A stretch of 48,543 nt of DNA from a virus: positions 1 through 48,543 of the IMG/VR virus record IMGVR_UViG_3300045988_164290; one strand, written 5' to 3'. Positions 34,695 to 42,796 of the stretch are shown here, one piece after another. The translations under genes were made by a program, and so were the position numbers. The number at the start of each line of letters is the position of its first letter. The stretch's first letter is position 1. The notes beneath the pieces are model-generated. The model searched no databases. It was not told where the DNA came from and saw nothing but the letters and a program-made list of their open reading frames with translations.

Positions 34695-34916
34695 ATGGAC
34701 AGTATAAAAAAGATTGTTAAAATGTTGCTCATTATATTTTTCCCTATTGGAATATTATATTGCCTTTTGCATACTCTTGGGAAAGATTTCATCTGTTTTT
34801 TAGGTGCGTTATTTATATTTGGCATAGGAATACTTGTTGGAATATATATAATTAGCCCCGAAACAATACAACAATGGATAGGCGTTGTTCAAAACTTTTT
34901 TTCAAAAATGAGGTGA
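34695..34916 (+). CDS. small two-TM membrane protein (holin-like size)
   Basis: LLIIFFPIGILYCLL and FLGALFIFGIGILVGIYII hydrophobic helices. Confidence 0.45.
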   Translation: MDSIKKIVKMLLIIFFPIGILYCLLHTLGKDFICFLGALFIFGIGILVGIYIISPETIQQWIGVVQNFFSKMR

Positions 34917-34920
34917 CAAA

Positions 34921-35304
34921 ATGGGCTTAAAAACGCAAAACTATAAAATTAAACAGTATGATATAACAATTCCGTGGGCTTATGCCATTATAAGGAAAAT
35001 AACAATAGACGGCAATAACGGAACGGCTGAGTTCGCAATTCAGGAAACACGAGAAGCGGCAAAATTTAAAGAGCCGTTTGAAAAAGTTGTTGTAAATTTT
35101 GTCGTAAACCGCAACGAAAGTCCTTATGTAACTGCTTATAACAAAGCAAAGAAAGTCAAGCAAAACACATTTTTCGACACTACAACAAAGAAAATAACTG
35201 TTATCAGCGAAGAAAAAGGCGTTTTGGGCGGCTGGGAAGATGATTTTTGCAATGATGAAATTTTGCAAAATAATTCACAAAAAGACTTGACAAATACTAT
35301 TTAA
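34921..35304 (+). CDS. hypothetical protein, paralog of 34359..34691
   Basis: See the paralog entry above. Confidence 0.5.
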   Translation: MGLKTQNYKIKQYDITIPWAYAIIRKITIDGNNGTAEFAIQETREAAKFKEPFEKVVVNFVVNRNESPYVTAYNKAKKVKQNTFFDTTTKKITVISEEKGVLGGWEDDFCNDEILQNNSQKDLTNTI

Positions 35305-35314
35305 GTGTTATAAT
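35287..35314 (+). promoter_or_regulatory. promoter TTGACA-16-TGtTATAAT
   Basis: TTGACAaatactatttaagTGtTATAAT overlaps the end of the preceding gene. Confidence 0.65.
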
Positions 35315-35346
35315 AAAACTATAAGTGTAAAAAAGGTGGATATTTT

Positions 35347-35664
35347 ATGATAGAATATATTGAAAAAGCAAAACCCGGCGACGAAGAACTTGTCAAGTTG
35401 CTTGATGAGAAAATCGAAAACATTGAGATAGATAAACAGAACGAAATTGACAAGGCGATTGCCGAAATCAATGCAAAATACGACGAAAGGCTCGACCTTT
35501 ACAAGTCCGACCGTAAACATTACGTTGACCTTGTAGCGATTGAAAAACCCGACGAAGAGACTTCCGAAGAGGAGTGTGCGGTTGCCGAAGATACGGCAGA
35601 AGATAACGCCGAGAGCGTAATAAACGAGGAAACAGGATATGTAAATGAGCAGAGCAATTTTTGA
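35347..35664 (+). CDS. acidic coiled-coil protein
   Basis: GGTGGA RBS; 105 aa, rich in E and D. Confidence 0.5.
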   Translation: MIEYIEKAKPGDEELVKLLDEKIENIEIDKQNEIDKAIAEINAKYDERLDLYKSDRKHYVDLVAIEKPDEETSEEECAVAEDTAEDNAESVINEETGYVNEQSNF

Positions 35665-35956
35665 AAGTGCCATATCGGCACTTCAGGCGGAAAAGGAACA
35701 GTGCGTTCAGTCAGAGGCAACGAGAGTTCTTAACGAGGTTGTTATCCCGAAAAATGTTGAGTTTGATAACGAAAAACAGGCTCAAATTGTTGCGGAAAAC
35801 GAAAGGCATAATAAGGCAATCAGTCTTATTGAGGAAACGACTTTGGCAAAGAAACAGGCATTCGAGAAGTCCGAAATGGATAAGATTGAAAGGTCTGTCG
35901 AAGACAAGTACCATTTTTCCGTTCAGATAAACGCCCTCAAAGAGATAATCGGATAA
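35645..35956 (+). CDS. coiled-coil protein
   Basis: 103-aa ORF overlapping the upstream stop. Confidence 0.45.
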   Translation: MSRAIFESAISALQAEKEQCVQSEATRVLNEVVIPKNVEFDNEKQAQIVAENERHNKAISLIEETTLAKKQAFEKSEMDKIERSVEDKYHFSVQINALKEIIG

Positions 35957-35970
35957 GGGGGCAGAGGGAA

Positions 35971-36423
35971 ATGTTCAATCAGGTAAAAGACTTTTTAAAA
36001 GTTATTTGTGCGAACGAAGTCCTTATTTGGTGGATAATGGCGGCGATAGTTTTAATTTTATCGCAGGCGTTAAAACAACTTATAAAGATATTCACAAAAA
36101 AAATATCTGATGAGGGAACGAGGGAATGTGTTAATCAAACGATTATTTTAATTCCTGTCGGCTTGTCGTACTTGATATTGTGGCTTTATAAAACGTTTTA
36201 TTTGCACGCTCCTATGGACTACCAAGAAGCGACTTTACTTGCCTCGTCTGCAACTATGATTTATGCTTCGGTTGAGCCATTTTACAAGAAACTTAAAGCG
36301 AAGATTAAAAAAGATACAAGCGACGGCAAGGTTACGCCCGACGAAATAGCAGAAACAGTAAAAATTACAAAAGGACAAATGAAACAGTTAAAAGAAATGT
36401 TTTCCGAAAAACCCGAAAAATAA
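35971..36423 (+). CDS. three-TM membrane protein with charged C-tail (holin-like)
   Basis: Hydrophobic segments VLIWWIMAAIVLIL and TIILIPVGLSYLILWL, followed by a K/E-rich tail. Confidence 0.45.
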   Translation: MFNQVKDFLKVICANEVLIWWIMAAIVLILSQALKQLIKIFTKKISDEGTRECVNQTIILIPVGLSYLILWLYKTFYLHAPMDYQEATLLASSATMIYASVEPFYKKLKAKIKKDTSDGKVTPDEIAETVKITKGQMKQLKEMFSEKPEK

Positions 36424-36435
36424 AAGAGGACGGAA

Positions 36436-37041
36436 ATGAATAAAGAAATTGATAAAGATAAACTTCAAATGTACAATTCGATAGTTCGTACTACCATTGT
36501 GCTTTGTTGGTTATCTTTATTTTCTTTTTGGGGAATAAAAATTTTAGGTGGCAACTGGTTCGAGGTTGTTGTTGATAATGCGAATTTTATAAAGTTTTCA
36601 CGATTTGTGCAAAACTCGTGGCTCAGATACCTTGTCTCATTTATAACAATTTTTATTGCAAAGTATTTAACGCTATGTGCGGTTTGTCAGGAATTTTACT
36701 TTAATGGAATAAAACAACTTGTAGCAATACTCGGAATAATCTCAATATGGGCAGTTTGCAACTTTGTGCCATCTTCTTTTTATAATATGCCGTTTTGGTA
36801 TGGTTATTTGTTTATAATTATATTTGCAGCGGTTTATCAGAAAGGTTGGCGTAAATTATCCTCATTTATATCTATTGCGTTAGAGATAGGCTTCTCGACA
36901 ATTTCTATGCTTATCCGAAATATTCGGCTTGCTATGATTGACGATTATTTGCTACTTTTTATTTTGTCAATCGACGTGTTTATTATGTACCTTTTGTACT
37001 ATTTGCACGCAAATTTATATAGAATGAAAAAGGGGGTGTAA
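36436..37041 (+). CDS. polytopic membrane protein
   Basis: 201 aa with 5-6 hydrophobic helices. Confidence 0.5.
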   Translation: MNKEIDKDKLQMYNSIVRTTIVLCWLSLFSFWGIKILGGNWFEVVVDNANFIKFSRFVQNSWLRYLVSFITIFIAKYLTLCAVCQEFYFNGIKQLVAILGIISIWAVCNFVPSSFYNMPFWYGYLFIIIFAAVYQKGWRKLSSFISIALEIGFSTISMLIRNIRLAMIDDYLLLFILSIDVFIMYLLYYLHANLYRMKKGV

Positions 37042-37153
37042 ATATGGCTCTATTGTTGGGTAGCGGCTGGCTCTCTAAGAAAGAGGCACAGGAAAACGGC
37101 TACAATTCGTGGAGAAGATTTTGGCATAATATAGGCTATGCCTTGTCGTTTAA

Positions 37154-37762
37154 ATGGCTCAGAAAGAAAAAAGCGTAATCGGATTTAAGATTTTCGTATT
37201 TTTTGTTGGATTGCTTATTACAGTCGCAATTTTAGGCGGTGCGTGGCTTATAAACAAACTGCTACTTGCTCCGCCTTTAATTGTGTCTTTTCGCCTCGTT
37301 CGGACTAAAATTGAAACAAAGTTTGATATATGGCATTTGGCTACTATTTTTGCTTGTATGGTTGTTTCTACGCTTATTTGCCTATTTGGCGTTTACTTAT
37401 CGTTGCCTATTGCGATAAGCCTTATAAGCAACATCATTGTCGGTTCGCTGTTTGCCGTTATAACGTGGAAAATTCAAGAAATTGTGCAAGTTAAAATTGA
37501 TAAGGCTAAATTGCAAGACCGCCTTAATCAAATTGTTGCCGAAATAACGTTAAACGATAATTTCAACACCGAAACCTGCACAGAAGAAGAATTGCGGGCA
37601 AGATGTGCCGAACTCGGCTTTTCAGGTTGGAATACTGAACTTGCCATTGAATTTTTTATTTACAAGACAAAACAGAGCGACTTGGCAGATCGATTGTGTA
37701 TAAATGAAAAATCGGTGACAACACGCAAACGACGTATGAAAGAAAAACTTAATAAAATGTAA
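37154..37762 (+). CDS. membrane-anchored protein with C-terminal sigma-70 region-4 / LuxR-like HTH
   Basis: Four N-terminal hydrophobic helices, then ...ELAIEFFIYKTKQSDLADRLCINEKSVTTRKRRMKEKL. Confidence 0.5.
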   Translation: MAQKEKSVIGFKIFVFFVGLLITVAILGGAWLINKLLLAPPLIVSFRLVRTKIETKFDIWHLATIFACMVVSTLICLFGVYLSLPIAISLISNIIVGSLFAVITWKIQEIVQVKIDKAKLQDRLNQIVAEITLNDNFNTETCTEEELRARCAELGFSGWNTELAIEFFIYKTKQSDLADRLCINEKSVTTRKRRMKEKLNKM

Positions 37763-37764
37763 TT

Positions 37765-37792
37765 GTACACCTTTTGTGGGTGTACTTTTTTT
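37765..37792 (+). terminator. intrinsic terminator
   Basis: GTACACC-ttttgtg-GGTGTAC followed by T7. Confidence 0.7.
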
Positions 37793-37828
37793 GTTATATG
37801 GTTTATTTTAAAGGCGAGGGAAGCAAAA

Positions 37829-37974
37829 TGGATAAAAAAGAAATTATGTTAAAACTCGCCCATTTAAGCGAGCAGTTAAATTTAATAAGCAAAGACTTGG
37901 ACAAACTTTATGAAATTATGTCAAATAAAAATTTATCAAATACGGAACAGGAGGCTTTAAATGAACTTTTATAA
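37829..37974 (+). CDS. small coiled-coil protein (48 aa)
   Basis: GAGGGAAG RBS plus ATG (MDKKEIMLKLAH...). Confidence 0.4.
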
Positions 37975-38383
37975 CAACCCGTACTACGGGGGAAGTTACT
38001 CTAACCCTTATATGCAACCGCAACCTCAGGTGCAGCCGCAAACGCCGCCTACACAACAGTTAAGACCGTCGGCGATACAATATGCAACCGAACAAGAAAT
38101 AGCGTCTTATATCGTGTCTTACGGCGAAAAAATAATGGCGTTTGACCCGAAAGAAAAAATATTCTACATTAAATATTTGGACGGCACGGGTAAGCCCGTC
38201 TTTGAAAAATATACTTATGCGGAATTTATACCGCAAACAGCACAAACCCCGGGAAGTAATTACGTTTCAAAAGAGGAACTGTCGGGATATGTTCCCATAA
38301 GCAACTTTAAGGCTCTTGCAGATCGTATGGCAAAACTTGAAAACGCACTTAAAGGTACTGCATTGCCGAAACAAGGGGGCTAA
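37961..38383 (+). CDS. hypothetical protein with P/Q/Y-rich N-terminus
   Basis: 140-aa ORF. Confidence 0.5.
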   Translation: MNFYNNPYYGGSYSNPYMQPQPQVQPQTPPTQQLRPSAIQYATEQEIASYIVSYGEKIMAFDPKEKIFYIKYLDGTGKPVFEKYTYAEFIPQTAQTPGSNYVSKEELSGYVPISNFKALADRMAKLENALKGTALPKQGG

Positions 38384-38385
38384 CT

Positions 38386-38499
38386 ATGGCAGACTGTGAT
38401 TGTAAAAAATTGGAAAAGAAAATCTCATTGCTTGAAAAGCAACTTAAAATGTTAAGTGAGCGGCTAACTTTAATTGAAAAAACACTTGTTTCGAGGTAA
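38386..38499 (+). CDS. small ORF (37 aa, leucine-zipper-like)
   Basis: MADCDCKKLEKKISLLEKQLKMLSERLTLIEKTLVSR; fills the gap between two genes. Confidence 0.3.
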   Translation: MADCDCKKLEKKISLLEKQLKMLSERLTLIEKTLVSR

Positions 38500-38504
38500 A
38501 CACT

Positions 38505-38723
38505 ATGAATATAAACCCCATTCAATTACTTTTGGGCGGTGGAAATCCGCAACAAATTATTGCTCAAATGGTGCAAGATGACCCGCAAGCAAAAGCAATG
38601 CTTACGCAAATGCAAAGTAGCGGAATGAGCAATGAGCAGTTCGTTCGGCAGTATGCCAAACAACGCAATATCAACATTGAGCCTTTTTTAAATATGCTTC
38701 GGCAAAAAGGCGTAAAGTTTTAA
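38505..38723 (+). CDS. hypothetical small protein
   Basis: 72-aa ORF. Confidence 0.45.
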   Translation: MNINPIQLLLGGGNPQQIIAQMVQDDPQAKAMLTQMQSSGMSNEQFVRQYAKQRNINIEPFLNMLRQKGVKF

Positions 38724-38792
38724 GTATATCTCGCCTTTCCATTCGCGATACGAAATGGCGTTATATAAATATTTTTAAGGAGATTTATACTT

Positions 38793-39500
38793 ATGTATAT
38801 GGAAGGTGATGTTCCCGTCACAATGGGCGGGGCAGGAACTGGAAGCGGCTTTTTCAACGGCGACGGCATTTGGGCGATAATTCTTCTCGCCATAATCTTC
38901 GGCTGGGGAAACGGCGGTTGGGGAAGCAACAGACAAGCGGGAGGCGTGACCGACGGTTATGTCCTTGCGAGTGATTTTTCCAACATCGAACGTAAAATCG
39001 ACAACGTAAACAGCGGCATTTGTGACGGCTTCTATGCTATGAACACAGGAATGCTTAACGGTTTTGCGGGAGTAACGAACGCTATTACCACGGGCGGTTA
39101 TGAAACAAGAAACGCAATTAGCGACCTCTCGGCGCAACTTTCAGGTTGCTGCTGCGAAAATCGTCTCGCTCAAAAGGACACGCAGTTTGCAATAGCAGGT
39201 CAGACTTCCGCTATTCAGCAGTCGCTTTGCACGGGTTTCCGTGACGTGATTGAAAATCAAAATGCGACTTACAGAGCATTGCACGACGAAATTGTTGCAA
39301 ATCGCATAGAGGATAAAAATGCTCAGATAGCGGCTCAGCAGGCTGAAATAAATGCGTTGCATTTGAAAGCAAGTCAGGAGGCTCAGAACTCTTACCTTAT
39401 TAACGCACTCAGACCGACGGCAATCCCCGCTTATCTGACGTGTTCGCCTTATCAGAGCATTTATGGTTGCGGCACTCAGGTTTGCGGTTCGGTAGTCTAA
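38793..39500 (+). CDS. Gly-rich single-TM protein with CCCENR motif, unknown function
   Basis: GGAG RBS; GFFNGDGIWAIILLAIIFGWGNGGWG, then ...LSGCCCENRLAQKD... and a coiled coil. Confidence 0.6.
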   Translation: MYMEGDVPVTMGGAGTGSGFFNGDGIWAIILLAIIFGWGNGGWGSNRQAGGVTDGYVLASDFSNIERKIDNVNSGICDGFYAMNTGMLNGFAGVTNAITTGGYETRNAISDLSAQLSGCCCENRLAQKDTQFAIAGQTSAIQQSLCTGFRDVIENQNATYRALHDEIVANRIEDKNAQIAAQQAEINALHLKASQEAQNSYLINALRPTAIPAYLTCSPYQSIYGCGTQVCGSVV

Positions 39501-39557
39501 AAAGTCCGACTAATTATCGGCGAATATAGGAGATTGAAATATCCTGAATAACCTCAT

Positions 39558-39585
39558 AAGGCACAGGACTAATCTCTTGTGCCTT
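39558..39585 (+). terminator. hairpin with a weak U-tract
   Basis: AAGGCACA...TGTGCCTT 8-bp stem. Confidence 0.35.
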
Positions 39586-39610
39586 TACATTTAATTAAAA
39601 AGGAGACAAT

Positions 39611-40054
39611 ATGTTACTTTTAGGAATGAAAAATACGGCAAGTCAAACAGTGCTTGCCAACGGAACTATAAACCTTGGTTCGGTTTACCGCAGATATTGC
39701 AAACGCACTTGTGCGGGTCTGCCAACTTTTGCGGCTAACGGAAACAGCATAACGCTTAACGGCGAGGGTATTTACCATATAACGGCAAAGATTGTCGGAA
39801 GCGGAACTGCGGCATGCGTTTTAACCGCTCAAATGACGGCAAACGGCGAGGCTGTCGCAGGTGCTTTTGCAAGCGAGACCATAACTACGGCAGACACGGA
39901 ATTGAGAACGCTTGTGATTGACGAGTATGTAATGGTAGACAAAACCTGCGTACTCGGCAATTCTTCAGTAGTAAGTAAAACGATTGCGTTCCTTAACTCG
40001 GGTATCGCTTCTACGCTTACAAGCGTTGTTGTAAATATTGACAAGGTGGTGTAA
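39611..40054 (+). CDS. BclA C-terminal-domain-like (C1q/TNF jelly-roll-like) protein
   Basis: The pattern ITLNGEGIYHITAKIVG...LTAQMTANGEAVAG...IAFLNSG...SVVVNIDKV resembles the BclA-CTD fold; this is a weak by-eye call. Confidence 0.4.
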   Translation: MLLLGMKNTASQTVLANGTINLGSVYRRYCKRTCAGLPTFAANGNSITLNGEGIYHITAKIVGSGTAACVLTAQMTANGEAVAGAFASETITTADTELRTLVIDEYVMVDKTCVLGNSSVVSKTIAFLNSGIASTLTSVVVNIDKVV

Positions 40055-40058
40055 GGCT

Positions 40059-40589
40059 ATGAGAGGAATGAGAAGAGGAAGTGAACGGCGTTCGCAAAGA
40101 ACGGGGCGTTTTATGAGCGGGAAAAGACGAGACTACGGATATGAGCCGAGTTTTAGAACGGAACGAGGAATTGACCGCTACGAGCGAAACGAGCCTTATA
40201 GGGGCGATTTTTACAACGATAGATATAACAGAAGCGAAACCCGTGACTATGGCTACGATGACGATGACTGTTATTTGTCAAGCAAGGAACTTATGAAATG
40301 GGCAAGAGAGTTGTTTGCCGAAATCCCTGACAGTGACCGCCCGCTTTTCAGCAAAGAAAACGTTGAACGTAAAGCACAAGAAATGGCGATTACCTTTAAG
40401 GACTTTACTTTTGAGGAATTTTACACGGCAACGCTTATGCTTTACACAGACTATTACAAAACACTTGGAATGGGCAACTTGGATATTTACGCAAAACTCG
40501 CCAAAGACTTTTTAATGGATAGTGATCTTAACGTCGATGGCGGAGAAAAACTCGCACTTTATTACGAGTATATCGTTTGTGCCGATTAA
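40059..40589 (+). CDS. hypothetical protein with R/Y/D/E-rich low-complexity N-terminus
   Basis: ATG at 40059 (MRGMRRGSERR...RDYGYDDDD...). Confidence 0.5.
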   Translation: MRGMRRGSERRSQRTGRFMSGKRRDYGYEPSFRTERGIDRYERNEPYRGDFYNDRYNRSETRDYGYDDDDCYLSSKELMKWARELFAEIPDSDRPLFSKENVERKAQEMAITFKDFTFEEFYTATLMLYTDYYKTLGMGNLDIYAKLAKDFLMDSDLNVDGGEKLALYYEYIVCAD

Positions 40590-40947
40590 ATATCATTATT
40601 TTAACGCAAACCCGTTAAACCGGAAAGAAAAAGATTGCGTTTGTCGGGCGATAAGCCGAGCATTTAGATTGTCGTATGATGAAGTTGAACATAAACTTGC
40701 TTTAATAGGTGAATTATTCGATTGCGATAAACTATGTGTTTGTTGCTACGCTCACTTGCTTGAAGAAGTTTTTGGCTTAGAACCTCACTACGCCCACGGT
40801 AAAACCGTAAGTAAGATAGCCCGAGAATATCCCCGACAGATAATTATTATTCGCCTTGACGGGCATTTAACAGTTGTTGAAAATGGCGTGCTTTACGACA
40901 CTCGCAACTGCCGTAATGCGGTTGCGGATATGTTTTGGATAGTATAA
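40537..40947 (+). CDS. putative papain-like Cys/His peptidase (possible lysin); start uncertain
   Basis: ...KDCVCRAISRAF... and ...LDGHLTVVENGVLYDT are arranged like a Cys-His peptidase. ATG 40537 or GTG 40579 could be the start. Confidence 0.35.
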   Translation: MAEKNSHFITSISFVPIKYHYFNANPLNRKEKDCVCRAISRAFRLSYDEVEHKLALIGELFDCDKLCVCCYAHLLEEVFGLEPHYAHGKTVSKIAREYPRQIIIIRLDGHLTVVENGVLYDTRNCRNAVADMFWIV

Positions 40948-40984
40948 AAAGGACGGCAGAGAGTTTATCTACTGCCGCCCTTTT
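40946..40984. terminator. bidirectional terminator between the convergent blocks
   Basis: A5-GGACGGCAG...CTGCCGCCC-T4; the minus strand reads GGGCGGCAG...CTGCCGTCC-T5. Confidence 0.6.
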
Positions 40985-41005
40985 CAATGGGAGAACGTGT
41001 GTGGA

Positions 41006-41185
41006 CTATTTTTTGTTTTTGACAAGTTCTGAATAAAACTTATCAAGTGTGCCGCTGACGGCGTAATTTCGGTGTCTAAGCCGTATTATAAGGCAATCTG
41101 ACCCATTTGTCTCAACCGTTGTAATTCGGCTTGTGTTGAGTATTATTTGCCGTCCGTCAGTCAATTTAAGTTTAATAAATTTCAT
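41006..41185 (-). CDS. small ORF (59 aa), last gene of the minus block
   Basis: AAGAGG RBS; MKFIKLKLTDGRQIILNTSRITTVETNGSDCLIIRLRHRNYAVSGTLDKFYSELVKNKK. Confidence 0.4.
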   Translation of the reverse strand: MKFIKLKLTDGRQIILNTSRITTVETNGSDCLIIRLRHRNYAVSGTLDKFYSELVKNKK

Positions 41186-41197
41186 TTGAGCAACCTC

Positions 41198-41668
41198 TTA
41201 AAACGGCAATTCTTCATCGGAAATTTCTGTCATTGCTATTGCAGGCTGTAAAGGCACATTTGGCGTTCTGTGTTTAGCCGCAGGTTTCGCAGGCTTTTCA
41301 ACTTTTACTCTTTCCGCTTTCGGGCTTTCGTCATCTTGCTGTTGGTCTCTTCTCTTTATGTAAAAAAGTTCAACGTTTTTAACTCGTATATCTGTTTGCT
41401 TAATTCTCGAACCGTCTTTAAGTTCCCTCTCGGTTGTTATCAAAGTTCCCTCAACGCAAGCCTTGCTTCCTTTCGTTAAGTATTTAGCAAGAAATTCGGC
41501 TTGCTGTTTAAATACAACGAAGTTAAAAAAGTCTGTAATAGGGTTCCCTTCTTCGTCATTGTAGTCTCTGTTCACCGCAAGCGTAAATCTGCAATACGGA
41601 GTGCCGTTTGCCGAAGTCTGCAACTCGGTGTCTTTTGTTGAAGTTCCGCTAATAATTACTTTGTTCAT
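41198..41668 (-). CDS. ssb: single-stranded DNA-binding protein
   Basis: OB-fold pattern ...CRFTLAVNR...FFNFVVFKQQAEFLAKYLTKGSKACVEGTL and an acidic tip DEELPF. Confidence 0.85.
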   Translation of the reverse strand: MNKVIISGTSTKDTELQTSANGTPYCRFTLAVNRDYNDEEGNPITDFFNFVVFKQQAEFLAKYLTKGSKACVEGTLITTERELKDGSRIKQTDIRVKNVELFYIKRRDQQQDDESPKAERVKVEKPAKPAAKHRTPNVPLQPAIAMTEISDEELPF

Positions 41669-41951
41669 TTTTTATACCTTCCTCTAATTCATAATAGTCA
41701 GGCTCGTATTTTTTGATTACGGGCTTTTTGTATTTCGGTGTGTTTTGCTCAATCAAATGGTCTTTTGCGGCTTGCAATGTGGTAAACCACTTTTCGCCCT
41801 CGTCGCTATAATACCACCTAAGGCTATCAAACATTACCTCGTCGCTAAAATTGCGGACTATAAAACTATCCTCGCCTATAAAACCAACGTGCTGTCCAAT
41901 AACCGCTCCTCTGTAAATTGTAAAAACTTTTTGCCCAAACTTTACTTTCAT
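41649..41951 (-). CDS. hypothetical protein
   Basis: 100-aa ORF with ATGA overlap. Confidence 0.5.
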   Translation of the reverse strand: MKVKFGQKVFTIYRGAVIGQHVGFIGEDSFIVRNFSDEVMFDSLRWYYSDEGEKWFTTLQAAKDHLIEQNTPKYKKPVIKKYEPDYYELEEGIKNEQSNY

Positions 41952-42610
41952 TTTATTTTCTTAATTCCTGCTAATTCCTCGAAACGATCGAGTTCGTTCC
42001 TTATTTGCTCTTGCGAAATAGTCGGCTGTATAAATATAGGCAACCCGTCGCTTGCTCTTTTCATTGAGTGACCGATTTTTTCTGCCGCCAACTTTTCGCT
42101 TATAGGTCTACTGTCGGCAAGTCCGCTTTCCGAAGTGATAAGGTTTATCGAAACAAGCGTATCATCTATCCACTGAAAAACTGCCGAATAATCATAAGCG
42201 GTCAGCAAATCGTTATAATCTTTAACGGTTAGCCCGCAAAACCCGCAAAACAGTTGCTTAGAGGCACTTACTACGGCATATTCGTTAATATGCCCCATAA
42301 GCCTAATAAACTGCTTATAGGCGGCTTTGTAGCCGTCAGGCGGTATTTCTTCGGGTTGTTTTATGATAGGAAAATCAATAAATTCGCCATATAACGCACA
42401 ACTGATTTTTGTCGGCGTACAGGTAGGCTTTATTTCGTTCCGTTTTGTTGCTCGTTTTGTGCGAACAGTATCGCCGTCTCTCGTTACCTTAGTGTCGGTC
42501 ACATCATCGTCTGATAAATCAAATACTGTTTCGTCAAGGCTTTTGATTATTTTATCGGCTTTTGCCTTAAACCCGTATTTGTCAGCCGTCTCAGTCGTTT
42601 TCTTCGGCAT
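41948..42610 (-). CDS. hypothetical protein (weak resemblance to small-terminase DNA-binding regions)
   Basis: 220-aa ORF; the ...KQLFCGFCGLTVKDYNDLL... resemblance alone does not support a call. Confidence 0.45.
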   Translation of the reverse strand: MPKKTTETADKYGFKAKADKIIKSLDETVFDLSDDDVTDTKVTRDGDTVRTKRATKRNEIKPTCTPTKISCALYGEFIDFPIIKQPEEIPPDGYKAAYKQFIRLMGHINEYAVVSASKQLFCGFCGLTVKDYNDLLTAYDYSAVFQWIDDTLVSINLITSESGLADSRPISEKLAAEKIGHSMKRASDGLPIFIQPTISQEQIRNELDRFEELAGIKKIK

Positions 42611-42782
42611 TTCCGCTCCTTAAACCGTGGTCGAGAATGTATTTTAATTCGCTTTCTTTTATACGCCACGTCTTACCCAATTTTACTCCCCGTATTTGCT
42701 TCTTTTTCAAAAGTGTATAGAGGGTTCGGTGAGCATAACCTAATTTTTTACTTGCCTCTTCCAGGGTGAAAACTTCTTCCAT
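42591..42782 (-). CDS. excisionase-family / MerR-type HTH DNA-binding protein
   Basis: FTLEEASKKLGYAHRTLYTLLKKKQIRGVKLGKTWRIKESEL. Confidence 0.6.
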   Translation of the reverse strand: MEEVFTLEEASKKLGYAHRTLYTLLKKKQIRGVKLGKTWRIKESELKYILDHGLRSGNAEEND

Positions 42783-42796
42783 TTTCTTATCTTCCT

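Noticed and set aside
37044-37178. 44-aa ORF (MALLLGSGWLSKKEAQENGYNSWRRFWHNIGYALSFKWLRKKKA) between two membrane-protein genes
   Set aside because: It has a plausible GGGGGTG RBS but overlaps the 37154 start in another frame, and I recognised no features. It is too weak to list as a gene and is mentioned only in the cassette finding.
41948-42610. 220-aa protein (with the adjacent HTH protein 42591..42782) as the small terminase
   Set aside because: There is only a vague resemblance to TerS DNA-binding regions. The gene is on the opposite strand and ~22 kb from terL. It is left as hypothetical.
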